Shown here: in pieces, positions 1 through 11,892 of the stretch
How the letters are laid out: every line of letters begins with the position of its first letter
Numbering within the stretch: position 1 is the first letter of the stretch
Origin: Oculina patagonica
Lineage: Eukaryota
Direction: 5' to 3'
DNA: 64,000 bases
NCBI RefSeq assembly: GCF_052425735.1
Contig: NC_135770.1
Location: forward strand, 29,946,001 to 30,010,000
The notes under the pieces: generated by a model
What the model saw: the letters and a program-made list of their open reading frames with translations, nothing else
What the model was told of the DNA's origin: nothing
Databases searched by the model: none
Translations under genes and position numbers: made by a program

Positions 1-60
1 TGATATTTCATCGCTAGCTACACAAAATTAAAGAGTTTTATTGAGTCGCTATACAAAAGA

Positions 61-135
61 TAGCCTCCTTCGCAGACGTTCTCTGGGCTCGTCACCAACG
101 CGTGACGAGCCCAGAGACGTCTGCGAAGGAGGCTA
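61..135. repeat. Short near-perfect palindrome (hairpin MITE-like)
   Basis: TAGCCTCCTTCGCAGACGT..CTCTGGGCTCGTCAC / GTGACGAGCCCAGAGACGTCTGCGAAGGAGGCTA, arms of ~35 bp. Confidence 0.75.
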
Positions 136-630
136 AACAAAAGAAAGATCAAAAGGAGAAAGCTACTCAAGCAGAAACCAGTTGTCAGAGAACAGAGAAC
201 GCGTTAGATATTCATGAAAAAAAGAATAAAAAATCTTGGAGACGAATTCATGGAGTCCGAAAATGATCAAGAGTTGCAGAAACTGAAATCTATCTTGTGT
301 TAGCAGACCTGTTAAATTTGGATAAAGAAGACTGACTGTCGACGTCAGTTGTCGGTTTCATAACCTGAGTTGGATGATAAAACCTATTCAATCTCCTCTT
401 TTTGTGTTTGTAAACATCAGCCTTCAAATGAAAGATAGGCTTTCTTGATGAGAGTTGAATGTCGAAACGACTTTCTTAAACGGCTACCTTAATTTTCATT
501 CGTAACCAGACGCGCAGTTGTCATGGTTACGAAACAAATATTGACGCTAGTGTTGAAGTGTTTTCTACACATTTAAAGTGCTATTATAGACCCTGTGAAT
601 TCCACTGTTTTTTTTTTTTTCGTTTATTAA

Positions 631-1162
631 AGCCTGCTTTTCACTAGCGACGCAAGCACAAGCGCAAGCACAGGCGCAAGCATAACAGCTCTTATTTCAT
701 CGTGAAAACGGCTTCGACGCAAGCATAAGCACAAGCGCAAACACAAGCACAAGGATCAAAATTTTTCCTTTTCTTGTGCTTGCGCTTGTGCTTGCGTTCG
801 TGTGAAAACAAAACATCGCATAAATTGTTTACGTCTGGCCTTGTCTAGCCAATTAAAGCACTCGTTTAAGCGTGGACTCGAGTATCTATAACCCCTAGTG
901 TTTTCCTCCTTTTTTGTTGTCGCTTTCGCTTTCTTCGTCACAAGAGTAGAGGAGACAACAACTTTCGATGCTCGATCGAGAGTTTCTGCCGCAATATTTG
1001 CCGAGAGAAGGAAGTCGGAAACGGAGCCTTCTAACTAGTTAACATCGTATTCTTATTCTAATGTGCTTGTGCTGATGTCGTCGTTCGTTTTCACCTAAAA
1101 CAAGCCGCTTATGCTTACGCTTGTGTTTGTGCTTGTGTTGCGTCGCTAATGAAAACCAGGCT
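631..1162. mobile_element. PIF/Harbinger-type MITE with internal GCACAA/TTGTGC repeats
   Basis: TIR AGCCTGCTTTTCACTAGCGACGCAA / TTGCGTCGCTAATGAAAACCAGGCT; TAA on both sides (628-630, 1163-1165). Confidence 0.75.
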
Positions 1163-1399
1163 TAAATCTTGTACTCTAGTTTCAAACCCTTTTCAGTTCG
1201 AAAGCCATCTACTTGCTTTTGTTTTCTATGTTTTCTAGTGAATAGTCAACGAGGGGCAGCCGAGTTGGCTAACGCTCATAGAAAATGAGGGCGAGTTTCA
1301 GTAAAAACTATAAAGGATTGCAGTCCGAAACCCACAATTTTATGTAATTTTAAGCCAATCATCAAGAAAAACTTCCCCTTTTAGAAATAAGGCGCGCGT

Positions 1400-2325
1400 G
1401 CGATTAAAGTTCACCACTGAATTTTCTCCGATTCTGATTGGTTTAAATTGATCACGTGTAACGCGATAGTTTTCGTCCGCGGAGGGTACTATCAGCCCTT
1501 ATAGCTCACCACTAAATTTTCTACGATTCTGATTGGTTTAAAATGATCACGTGACGAGATAGTGTTCGTCCGCCGGAGGGCACTATAAGCCCATAGTGCC
1601 CGCCGAAGAAAAAAGCCCGGATCGATAGTGCCCGCCCGTGAATTTTTTTGTAAACAAGCGTGCCTGCAGACAAAAAACCCCCAACCAAATTCACTGCATT
1701 TAGTGGTTTTTTTTGTCTTATTTTCAATTGAGATTTTTTATCCTGAAAAGTAAAAATAATAATTCACGATGCTCGTTTTTGTATGGGCGCGCGGAAGAAA
1801 ATTTAGTGGTGAACAATAAAAACAATAGAGTGTTTTTGTCTCGGAACTATCGGTCTGATAGTTGCCCCTTGGAAATTTGATGTTCTTAAACATATGCATA
1901 TATATGCATATTATTAATGTTTGTTTTAAGAACATCAAATTTCCGCGGAGCAACTATCAGCCGATAGTTCCTCGACAGAAACACTCTGTTGTTTAAATAG
2001 TGCCCTTTCGAGAAAAATACCCGGATGAATAGTACTCGAACGTGAATTTTTTTTTGTGTAAACAAGCGGGCCTACACACAGAAAAACTCCACTAAATTCA
2101 TTGAATTTAGTGGGTTTTCTGTCTGATTTTGTTTTGTTGTTAAATTTCGGGTTTCCATTGAGTCTTATCTATAAAAGTAAAAAATAATTCACGATGGTCG
2201 TTTTTTGAATGGGCGCGCAGAAGGAAATTAAATGGTAAACGATAAAAACGATAGAGAGTTTCTGTCTCGGAACTATTGGTCTCACTGATAGCTGCCCTTT
2301 GGATTTGATGTTCTTAAAACTAGCA
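1400..2325. repeat. Non-coding repeat with internal direct duplications
   Basis: 1425-1520 is repeated at 1521-1600; ~1615-1890 is repeated at ~2020-2320. Confidence 0.55.
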
Positions 2326-2640
2326 TTTTAAGATTCGCGGATTTGCAATAGAAAAAAAGCTTTAAATAATTTGGACTTTTTTGCTGAACCGTTCCAATTT
2401 TTTTTGCCCTTTTTGCTTCCGTTTTTTTCGGCTTTCTTATTCTCGCTACTTTGTACTCTTCATTATCCTTTTTTTTTGGACCGAAAAGTTTGGACCATGA
2501 GCTATAGGATAAGTGGAGTTTTTCTAAATTGAAAGCCAATATCTTACCACTAAAGTACTCTGTTTACAACTTTCTTTGTTCGATCGCAACACATGGGTAA
2601 CCAGGCTTTTATTCAACCAAGAAGACCTGGATGCTAAACT

Positions 2641-3379
2641 AATAGCCCATTTCCGAGTTCTCGCATTTTAGAGGACTGGTGCCGAAATCGACTCACCAGA
2701 TCGAGGCTTAGTGCATTGCATCCCATCAAACATGGAGGCTTCGAGTGAAAAAACAACATGCAGTGAAGATTTCTCGAAATTAAAGGTCGATGAATTGAAA
2801 AATTATTTGCGAGAGAGAGGTATACAATTAAGCGATGGTAGCAAAGGAAAACGGAAAGCTGAACCTGGCCATCACGAAACAACCTGAAGCCAAGAAAACT
2901 TTTGAACGAACAAAGATTTTCAGGTGAATAATCTTCTTTACGGTTACCTACCAAATAATTGTAAAGGTCTCCGAACGTGAACTCTGGAATTTTCGAGAAG
3001 TTGTGGGTCCAAGCGCTTTTAGTTTTAGTATTAGGGTCTGACAACTTCCCTTCACTTGTTTGCAATTTGTCCTTCAGTAGCTTTGTGCGGTCTTTGACAG
3101 AATCATCCAGTTTCCTCTGCTTCATTGCCGCTGCTTTCTGGCATAAATCAAGCAATTCAGCTTTCTGTTTTCCTTTGCCACCATCGCTTAATTGTATACC
3201 TCTCTCTCGCAAATAATTTTCCAATTTATCGACCTTTAATTTCGAGAAATCTTCACTGCATGTTGTTTTTTCACTCGAAGCCTCCATGTTTGATGAGATG
3301 CAATGCACCTAGCCTCGATCTCATGAGTCGATTTCGGCACCAGTCCTCTAAAATGCGAGAACTCGGAAATGGGCTATTT
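2641..3379 (-). mobile_element. Foldback remnant of a DNA-transposon accessory gene (SAP-like N-terminus; ISL2EU/YqaJ-type ORF start)
   Basis: 2641-2863 is an inverted copy of ~3155-3379. The ORF has FSKLKVDKLENYLRERG..KAELLDLC (SAP-like) and PEFTFGDLYNYL..FKSFLGFRLFRDGQV. Confidence 0.5.
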
Positions 3380-4292
3380 GCATTTGGTGTAACGGCGAAT
3401 AATAAAAACACTGGGTAGGAAAAACGTTTACCGTTGCTAGGAGATTTTGGTTTTTGGCCAATCACTTAACCGAACAAACAATGGGAATTGTGTGTTAATT
3501 TCGTGTTGAGCTCGTAAGATCAATAAGCACTCTTAATCCCCTAGTTAGGTATGAAAAAGGCGACAAACTTGAGCCTTCCCCACATGGACGAAAAAAGTTT
3601 GGCAACCGAAAATGAATTTTGGTTTATTTTGGAGGTGTTCGCAACACAACGGCGGAAAAAATGTAAATTTCGGATAGTTTTATGGTCGTTGTCGTTATTT
3701 TTAAAGGCTTTCGCTATGGAGTAAGCTGGAGTTGTCTTAAATTACCTAAACAAGCAACGGGTGACTTTTTACCGGTGCGGCATGAACGGGAAAACACAGG
3801 CGTTGAACTTTATGTGTGTGTTTGTTTGTGTGGTCACAACTTACAAATATGAATATTCAAATCTATTCACTTATTGTTGTTGTAAACATTTAAGCTTCGA
3901 CAAATCGGCTTTTACGACTGAGTTTTTGAAATAAAATAAATAAGAAAAATTTCCGCATAGGATGAGTTAGTTTTTATGCCGGTTTTTTGACGAATTTAAG
4001 CTTGCAAGAGCACTTCTTTGTTCAATGTTTTCGACTCGTATTTATAATACAATTATTTACATGCGGCGTGCAACTTATTATCGTCGGAGAATCCACTACT
4101 GTTTCTGGAATGTAGCCGATAAAACTTTATTTTCTCCACTCACTGCTTATCTCAATATTACAACGTCAGTTTATAACAGTAAAATAAAGAAAAGTAGTAA
4201 GAGCGGGCGAGCCCGTATTATTTCAATTTACTTCAAAGGTGATGTTAATAGTTCTTAACTCCAATTCATAGTCGCAAAATTCAACCATTTAA

Positions 4293-5123
4293 GTGGGCGT
4301 CCGTGTAAGAACCGACCACTCGATTTTCGGCCCAAAACAGAATTCCTTCAAATTTTCTGTGCAAGACAATTGATCCATATGATAAACAAAAATAGCAATA
4401 TTTTGGCTTGTAGTGTTATTTGTCAATATTTTTGGCGATGATTGCTGAGAACGGTCAAAAACCGAAAAAATCATCCTGTTTCGAGTCAAATTTAGGCGTC
4501 GCGCTCAACGCGCTGAAAAATTACGCTTTAACTCAAAGAAAATAGAACTTGTATATCATTTTATTTTATGCCTTGTCTATTAGTTCATGGTAAAACATTT
4601 GTAATCGAACTTAACAAAAATTAATTATGATTTTTTTAAAACACCCCATAAAGAGCCATCGCAAAAATCACGCAAACATACTGTTGGTTAAAGAGGTTTT
4701 TCTCAAAAGTATAACGCGATCTAGAGCCCTGGACACTATCCACGATTAGTACTAGGATTGGTGTACTAGAAACAAGAAAAAAGTTTTGGGCACTAAGCTT
4801 TTCGAATTTTAGGAGTTTTATCAACAAAGCCTATTTTTAACGGTCGTAACGCGCGTCACGCAATTTCTTACTATTGTGTTTCCTATCTTTCCCACATAAA
4901 ACAGTTGTCCGAGGGAGCAAATATTTTCGAAACTAGCTTTCTGCTCGGAATAAGGCATGGACAATCCTAAATTTATCAAATATCGCCCCAAAAATAAGAA
5001 TTAAGAAGGTTAAATCATGAGCGGCTCCGGTGTGAGTTGTCTTTAACTGTGCAAAAAGCTTCGAAAAGCGGTTTCCGTGATTCGGTTATCATAAATAGGG
5101 AATGAACTACGAAAGAAACCCTT
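4293..5123. repeat. Left terminal inverted repeat
   Basis: Starts GTGGGCGTCCGTGTAAGAACC; reverse complement of 16801-17637. Confidence 0.92.
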
Positions 5124-6919
5124 AATAATTTAATATATTAAACACATTTAACAGCTAGAAATTATTATCATTGTATTATTAAGGTGTACGCCCAGAGAAA
5201 ATGCAACACGAATGAAAATAGGCCAAAGCGAAAATCGTTTCTCAGAAAATGTTGGTGTCAGTCGGCTTTGATGCACGCGGGAATGTCAATGAAAGTTATT
5301 TTTGCCAACGAGACAGCCGAGCCAAGAGGCGAGGCTGTCGAGGCGGCAGAATCATAGAGCCGTGTGCGTATGAGTGTATAGGCAGAGAAAATCTTAAGTT
5401 CTGCGTAAGGGACTTTTTTTTACCATATTTGGGTGTAAGTAAACCCCATATTTGGGTTGTATTGTTCTTCCCAACTGGTTCCCAGTCTCTCACTCCTTGC
5501 TAGAGAGCAAATGACCAAAATGGCGTCCACGCGGCTCGCTGTTAAAATTTTCAATGTGGTCATTCATCCCTTTACCGATAAATACACCTTTAGGGAATTA
5601 TAAATCGAAAGAGAATACCCTACAGAATATTCGACCGCCGAAAAAATGAACTTCAAGGTCTTCAAAGCGATGAAATAATCTTTCGACTTTGGAGTCCTTT
5701 GATTTAATTACGATCGAAGAGAGACATGAAAATCAAAAGCGGACTGTTGACTTCAAATAGAGTTTTCTTGATTTATGAGAATGCTGAAGTCGAGTAAATG
5801 CTTCCTTTTAGTGTTGATTGTGTTTATAGTAATTGTTTGACCGATGATTTATTCCAAATCAAATACCGTTTATATTTTATTTGGCACGCATTTTCGCTCC
5901 GCGTAGGAATAACATCAATACAAAGCGACGCTCACTAAAATTACTGCATGTCATACACACAAGAAAGTCAAAAGTTTTTTGCTTCTAACGGCAAATGTAA
6001 TGTTAACTTGAATAAAAATTTTGTCTCCAAATAATCCTTGACCGTTCAAGTTTTGTTTTCTGTTCAAATTTTTCAAGTTTTGCGTAACTGAACATGACAC
6101 TTCGCATGCGAGACTGAAATCTGACCCGTGCATTACTGTCTCTGATTACTGAAAATTATTTTTAAAAAAGCATCTTAGCAGTTTTGATTTTGGGATTTGA
6201 TTTATAAGAAGTTCTTGATCATGAAATGCAACTATCCCTTTTGTGGACGGAAACATTTTAACCATCGCGTGTTGTATTTAAAATACAGTGATTAAACCTC
6301 ATTTATTGCCTACATTTTGTGACATTTTAACGTTGAAAAGAATTTAAAGATTTGTCAAGAGTTATCAATCTGTCAAACCCGTATCCTGCGTAGCAGACAT
6401 CTGTGCACGTTTTTTAGTGTGTGTAAAAGAGTGCGTTATCGCGAGAATACGCGCGCTGGAAACTACGGCGCCTGCTATGCAGGCCATCAAGCCTGTGTCA
6501 TTTATGAACACCAGAGAAATAGCACTTTTTTCGCATATTACCTAAAATACAATTTACCATATTTTGGTCATTTCACTATGAATATAGTTCTATCAAAAAC
6601 CATTCAATATCTGTTCTTATGAACAAACATGAGTATTTCGCTCGTTGGCACTTACCGATAGGTACAACTAGTTAGTAGGTTAATTCCAACCCGTGTGACA
6701 AATGCTTGCTGCTAAAACGAGGATTATGTCACAACATAATCCAATTTATGCGGCGCCACATTAATTATCTTAGTGAACAATTGAAGCACGTGCTAGTCAG
6801 GCTGATCAGATCAGGTGGCAAGCTATTTAAGGCCTATCGTACTGATATCGGCCTCTTTTGCCAGTGTAATATCCGAGCTGCACTCACAAAAAATTTTTAC
6901 AGGCAAGTAACCTACATTA

Positions 6920-7510
6920 ATGGCTATCCCCCGACCACGTGTGTTAATATTCGGGCATTCATTTGTCCGTAGACTCTCTACCTTTATAAGAAGGCATTGG
7001 TCGGACGGACTAAATCACTCCTTTTCTTTGGCTGAGCCAGTAGTTAGATTTTGTGGTTATGGGGGCTTGACGGTGGCTCGGGCGCTCAACTCAAGACTCC
7101 CGAGCGTAGAATCCTTTCGCCCTGACATAGTCATTATCGAGCTGGGGACGAACGATCTCACGAGGTCCGGGCCGGCTAAAGTTGGGTCGGATCTTGAGGA
7201 GTTCGCCCGCAATCTTCATATCAACTATGGGGTGAAGCTTGTCTGTGTCAACCAGATTCTTTTTCGCGCCCACTCCCCATTATTTAATGCCAAGGTTCGT
7301 GTTCTCAACCGATACTTAAAGGCCGTGTTGGAAGAGCTCCCCTTTGCCATATTCTGGCGCCATCGCGGTTTTTGGAGGTGCGCTAATAATCCTTATATGG
7401 ACGATGGTGTCCACCTCAACGCCTTCGGAAACTACAAATTTTATCGTAGTCTCCGTGGAGCGACATTGAGGGCGTTGGCGCTATTTCGCTATTTACAGCC
7501 CATCCCTTAA
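6920..7510 (+). CDS. SGNH/GDSL hydrolase of the YR retroelement (196 aa, intact)
   Basis: Block I IFGHSFVRR, block II GYGG, block III ELGTNDL, block V DGVH. Confidence 0.88.
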   Translation: MAIPRPRVLIFGHSFVRRLSTFIRRHWSDGLNHSFSLAEPVVRFCGYGGLTVARALNSRLPSVESFRPDIVIIELGTNDLTRSGPAKVGSDLEEFARNLHINYGVKLVCVNQILFRAHSPLFNAKVRVLNRYLKAVLEELPFAIFWRHRGFWRCANNPYMDDGVHLNAFGNYKFYRSLRGATLRALALFRYLQPIP

Positions 7511-7912
7511 GCGGCTAGACCTCTGCAGGTAATGCTTTATATCTTGTATTTTTATGTCACCCATCGTTTTTACGTGGGTTATGTTCAGTGCCATTTTCAC
7601 TATTGTTTTCCAGAGTCGTTATGAGTGTACAACCTTTTGGCCGCTTGTTTATTCAAGTAAGGCCCGATGCACTCGACTTTGGGCTAGTGATCTAATTTAT
7701 TGCTATGTTTTGACATCCATGTTGGTTGTCGGTAGCTGGCACCTTTTTGACATGAGGCGTATCGCCTGTTGGTTTCAAAGGTTTGTTTGGGACGGGCCTA
7801 AATATCTTTTTCAATTCGGTTGTGCCTCTTTCATGCCTTTGCGGCGGTAGTTTACATTCACTGTAGTGTATTCTGTGTGTTCTTTCTTTATTTTGTTTTT
7901 TAAGCCAGTACC

Positions 7913-9034
7913 ATGCCGCCTAAAGCTTCCCGCTCTCGCAAACGAAAAGGTTCATCACAACAGGCCATCGGGAATTCAAAACGGGCTACAAGGTCCTCTC
8001 TCACTGCCGCCTCTACTACAAACCAAGATCAGTCCCTTCCCTTGGAGGCTCCCGGCTCTGGCGCTCTTGAGCGCAGTCCAGACCAGGTTCAATCTGGCGC
8101 AGTGAGCGTCGATGTTGGTGCTCTCACAGCTACGATTACTGCGGCCATATCCCAAGGTCTCCGCGATTCTGGGATCGTCCCACAGTTACCAGCCCCTACA
8201 ACTCAGAGCGTGGATCAGGCAGCCAGTGATGCTGTTGTGCAAGCCACAGATGAGCTAACAATGATGCCTGTTGGTATGTCTGGTCAGACAACGCCTTCTA
8301 GTGTATTCAGTAGTGCTTCAGTTAGTTTAGTCGCCCGCGTTCCAGTTAAACTTAGAGCAAAAATTTGGGCGGATGAATATTTTGACCTAGGAATTTTGTT
8401 GTCACACTCCCCGTCTGACATGAAGTTTTCTGTCTCGATTTCTCATGACTCCTCTCAACCTAGCCTTTGTCTCGAACCAGCTAACAAGGTTCCACGCATA
8501 ACAACGATCCATCAATGGGTCTCGGCTTTCAATTCCTTCGTTGCTGTGTATACCCAACGTAATCCAGCGGTCACAGCCGATTTGCTAAAATATACTGAGG
8601 TTGTTAGGGATATTGCTACCAAAGGGGGAAATTGGCGTTATTATGATGAGCAGTTTCGTTTCTTGCGCCAATCCAGCCCGTCTTCCTTCCCGTGGGGCCA
8701 GGTTCATTGGGAACTCTGGTTTTATTCTTTACATAATTTTCGCGGCCACGCAGGTCAGCAAGCATCTCAGGCTAAGTCCGCCCGTAAATCCCAACAATTT
8801 TTTCCTAAGGGGACCTGTTGGGCATTTCAAGCCGGGAGAACATATAACGGGTGTCAATACGAGCATGTCTGCTATAAGTGCAGACAAGGCCACCCGGCCA
8901 GTCAATGCCGCTCCACAACCAACACAACCCCCAAGCCCCGCTCTTTTTCCAGCACAAAATCCACCAATGTGCGACCCACTAGTCTCCCTCATAAGTCAAC
9001 CCCCGGTGACCCCAGTAAATTTGGAGAGCCTTAA
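7913..9034 (+). CDS. Gag-like ORF (373 aa) with C-terminal Cys/His knuckles
   Basis: WRYYDEQFR motif; CWAFQ..GCQYEHVCYKCRQGHPASQC; ACCATG start preceded by a polypyrimidine-AG. Confidence 0.8.
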   Translation: MPPKASRSRKRKGSSQQAIGNSKRATRSSLTAASTTNQDQSLPLEAPGSGALERSPDQVQSGAVSVDVGALTATITAAISQGLRDSGIVPQLPAPTTQSVDQAASDAVVQATDELTMMPVGMSGQTTPSSVFSSASVSLVARVPVKLRAKIWADEYFDLGILLSHSPSDMKFSVSISHDSSQPSLCLEPANKVPRITTIHQWVSAFNSFVAVYTQRNPAVTADLLKYTEVVRDIATKGGNWRYYDEQFRFLRQSSPSSFPWGQVHWELWFYSLHNFRGHAGQQASQAKSARKSQQFFPKGTCWAFQAGRTYNGCQYEHVCYKCRQGHPASQCRSTTNTTPKPRSFSSTKSTNVRPTSLPHKSTPGDPSKFGEP

Positions 9035-10593
9035 GTTTTTTCTCCAGGGGTATGATAAGTTGTTAGCAGAATTTCTTATTTCGGGTTTCAAGCATGGCTT
9101 TGGGGCTAATTTTTTTCGGTGAACAATCCTCTTACGAATCTCCCAATTTGAAAAGCGCCTATGATCACCCAGACGTCATAAGGGCTAAGCTTCGGAAGGA
9201 ACTCGAGGCAGGAAGAATTTCCGGTCCTTTTCGGGTCCCGCCATTTCCCGCTTTTCGTACTTCTCCTCTTGGTGTAGTTCCCAAGAAAAATCCTTAAGAA
9301 TTTAGGCTAATTCACCATCTCTCTTACCCTCCTGGGAAATCTGTTAATGATTTTATCCCAAAGGAACTTACGAGTGTGCACTATGCTACCATTGATGATG
9401 CCGTTTCCATCATCAAAACAATGGGGCCTGGTTGTTAAATGGCTAAAACAGACATACAATCGGCTTTTCGGATTATACCCATCCACCCTAAGGATTCCAA
9501 CTTATTGGGTATGCAGTGGGAGGGCAATTATTATTTCGATCGGTGCCTTCCGATGGGATTAGCCATCTCGTGCAGTCTTTTTGAAAAGTTCAGTACGGCG
9601 TTGGAATGGATCGCCCGTAATGTTTTGCTAGCTTCTGCCGTTATTCATGTTTTAGATGATTTTGTATTTCTCGCGCCTTCATCCGCGAAGTGCCAGGCCG
9701 ATCTCAAAGGCTTTCTTAAGTTATGTGACGCCCTGGGAGTGCCAATCGCACATGACAAGACAATGGGTCCTTTTCCTTGTCTTCAGTTTTTCGGAATCAC
9801 TCTCGATACTCTGGCCATGGAAGCTCGTTTGCCCCAGGATAAGATTGATAAGTGTAAACACCTACTAGAATCATTCCTTACTCGTCGTTCTGCGACACTT
9901 AGAGATTTTCAATCGCTCATCGGCTTTCTAAATTTTGCATGTTCAGTCGTTGTTCCAGGGCGGGCTTTCCTTCGTCGCCTTATTCGCCTTATTGATTGTA
10001 CAAAGGGCATTCAGAAACCCCATCATCATATTAAGTTATCTAAAGCTGTCAAAGCCGACTTGCAGACCTGGCTAACATTCCTTGACAATTTTAATGGGAA
10101 ATCATTCTTCTTACCTGACATATGGGAATCATCTCACAGCCTAGAACTATATACGGATGCAGCAGGGTCTAAAGGTTATGGGGGTATTTTTGGTCCTCAT
10201 TGGTTTTACGGGCATTAGCCCGAACGTTGGCATTCTTTAAATATCACCATTTTAGAACTTTTTCCCATTGTCTTAGCTCTATGTGTGTGGGGTTCCCATA
10301 TGTCTAATAAACGCATTACTATTTTTACGGATAACGCCGCTTTAGTTGAAGTTATTAACAGGCAGACGTCAAAAGAGCCTACAGTTATGGTGTTTATTCG
10401 CCATTTAGTTTTGACTTGCCTCAGACATAATATCCTTTTTCGTGCCAAACACATCCCAGGTTTCTTAAATGTGCAAGCTGATTATCTGTCACGTTTTCAG
10501 GTGGAGGAATTCAAAGCTCTAAGGCCCGACGCGGACAACTGCCCAACTCTTATCCCCGAGAACCTACTTCCTCAGAGTTGGTTGCAAATTTGA
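8990..10593 (+). pseudogene. Reverse transcriptase-RNase H (disrupted)
   Basis: TPVN..GF..GF; SPLGVVPKK; KTDIQSAFR; LPMG; HVLDDF; RNase H YTDAAG, ELFP, TDN, ADYLSR. Frameshift at ~9110 and stops at ~9295, ~9436, ~10216. Confidence 0.88.
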
Positions 10594-11510
10594 AGAATAT
10601 GCTCTCGTCGGCGTTGTCGCCTCAGTCCCGCCAATCCTATCACAGGGCTTGGCATGTTTATACCCAATTTTCCGAGCGTTTTTGCGAAACCGCATCGCCC
10701 ACTCTCCCCCTCGAGGTCACCTCGGTGGCATTATTTATTTCATATTTGACAGCTAAGAAGCTTGCGCATGCTACTATCTGTTCATATATCTCTGCACTTA
10801 GTTATGTTCACAAACTTAGGGGCCTTTCGGACCCCACGAAATCGTTTTTAATTTCAAAGCTGTTGACCGCCCATCGGCGGGCTAACCCACAGCTAGATAT
10901 CCGCCTTCCAATAACTCGTTCTGTTTTACCGCATAGCCTCGTTCGGTCCTTGGAGTTTACCAGTCCCTCCGCTTACAAACGTCTTTTATATTCAGCAATG
11001 TTTTTATCCGCCTTTTACGGATTTTTTCGCGTCGGGGAACTAGCGTCCAAGAGTGCGCGTGACGGAGCTCCCGTGGTGCACTTTGATCAACTCACGTTTT
11101 TATTCGAAGCCGGTGCACCAGTTGTAGCTAAGATAACTATCAGACAATATAAGCATAACCAGTCTCAAAGACCTTTTGATGTCCTTATCAAACGGGCAAC
11201 ATCCCAACCGTTTTGCCCAGTTAACACATTACTTCAATTTTGCACTCTTCGAGGTCGCGCTCCTGGTCCTTTGTTTTGCATGCCAGACCTTTCACCAATT
11301 TCTGTCAGAGACTTCAATCAACAACTTCGCACATCGTTATCTTTTTGTGGTCTCGACACGTCTCGTTATAAAGCTCACGGGTTCAGAATCGGGGCAGCTA
11401 GCCATGCGGCGTCAAATGGTCTTTCAGACGCTCAGATACGCCATCTTGGACGCTGGAAATCTGACGCTTTTAAATCTTATATTCGCCCAGAAGAAATTTT
11501 TACGGCGTAA
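10578..11510 (+). CDS. Tyrosine recombinase (310 aa, open frame)
   Basis: FFRVGEL, K, HGFRIGAA, GRWKSDAFKSY = R-K-H-R-W-Y catalytic set; overlaps the end of RNase H. Confidence 0.92.
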   Translation: MVANLKNMLSSALSPQSRQSYHRAWHVYTQFSERFCETASPTLPLEVTSVALFISYLTAKKLAHATICSYISALSYVHKLRGLSDPTKSFLISKLLTAHRRANPQLDIRLPITRSVLPHSLVRSLEFTSPSAYKRLLYSAMFLSAFYGFFRVGELASKSARDGAPVVHFDQLTFLFEAGAPVVAKITIRQYKHNQSQRPFDVLIKRATSQPFCPVNTLLQFCTLRGRAPGPLFCMPDLSPISVRDFNQQLRTSLSFCGLDTSRYKAHGFRIGAASHAASNGLSDAQIRHLGRWKSDAFKSYIRPEEIFTA

Positions 11511-11575
11511 CGTGCCATTTTTTAGGGGGCACGATTTGTATACAGTGTAGTTTTCTTACAGCATAATATTTCACA

Positions 11576-11892
11576 ACTCAAGTGGTTCAGACATGGGCTG
11601 TCACTAATCCGTGTGGAATGTTAATCTTGTAAGAGTATCGGTAATTGAATTTCTCGACTCAAGTGGTTCAGACATGGGCTGTCACTAATCCGTCTAGAAT
11701 GTTAATCTTGTAAGAGTATCGGTAATTGTATTTCTCGACTCGAGTGGTTCAGACATGGGCTGTCACTCATCCGTCTATAATGTTAATCTTGTAAGAGTAT
11801 CGGTAACTGTATTCCACGACTTGAGTGGTTCAGACATGGGCTGTCACTCATCCGTCTGGAATGGCTATATATATGGTAAGACTATCGGTATT
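11576..11892 (+). repeat. Tandem repeat, 81-bp unit x ~4
   Basis: Units start at 11576, 11657, 11738, 11819 (ACTYRAGTGGTTCAGACATGGGCTGTCACT...). Confidence 0.95.

Noticed and set aside
4289-4489. Identical 66-aa ORFs at 4289 and 17441
   Set aside because: A by-product of the TIRs.
6920-7510. SGNH ORF captured from the neighbouring NXPE genes
   Set aside because: Both are SGNH-fold proteins, but there is no visible sequence similarity (GHS..GTND vs GDS-type PC-esterase).
10578-11510. Phage or bacterial integrase, or contamination
   Set aside because: It overlaps a DIRS-type RT/RNaseH and sits among eukaryotic TEs and spliced genes.
11581-11605. Iron-responsive element or MS2-type hairpin
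   Set aside because: The loop is not CAGWGH with a single C bulge, and it does not match the MS2 geometry.
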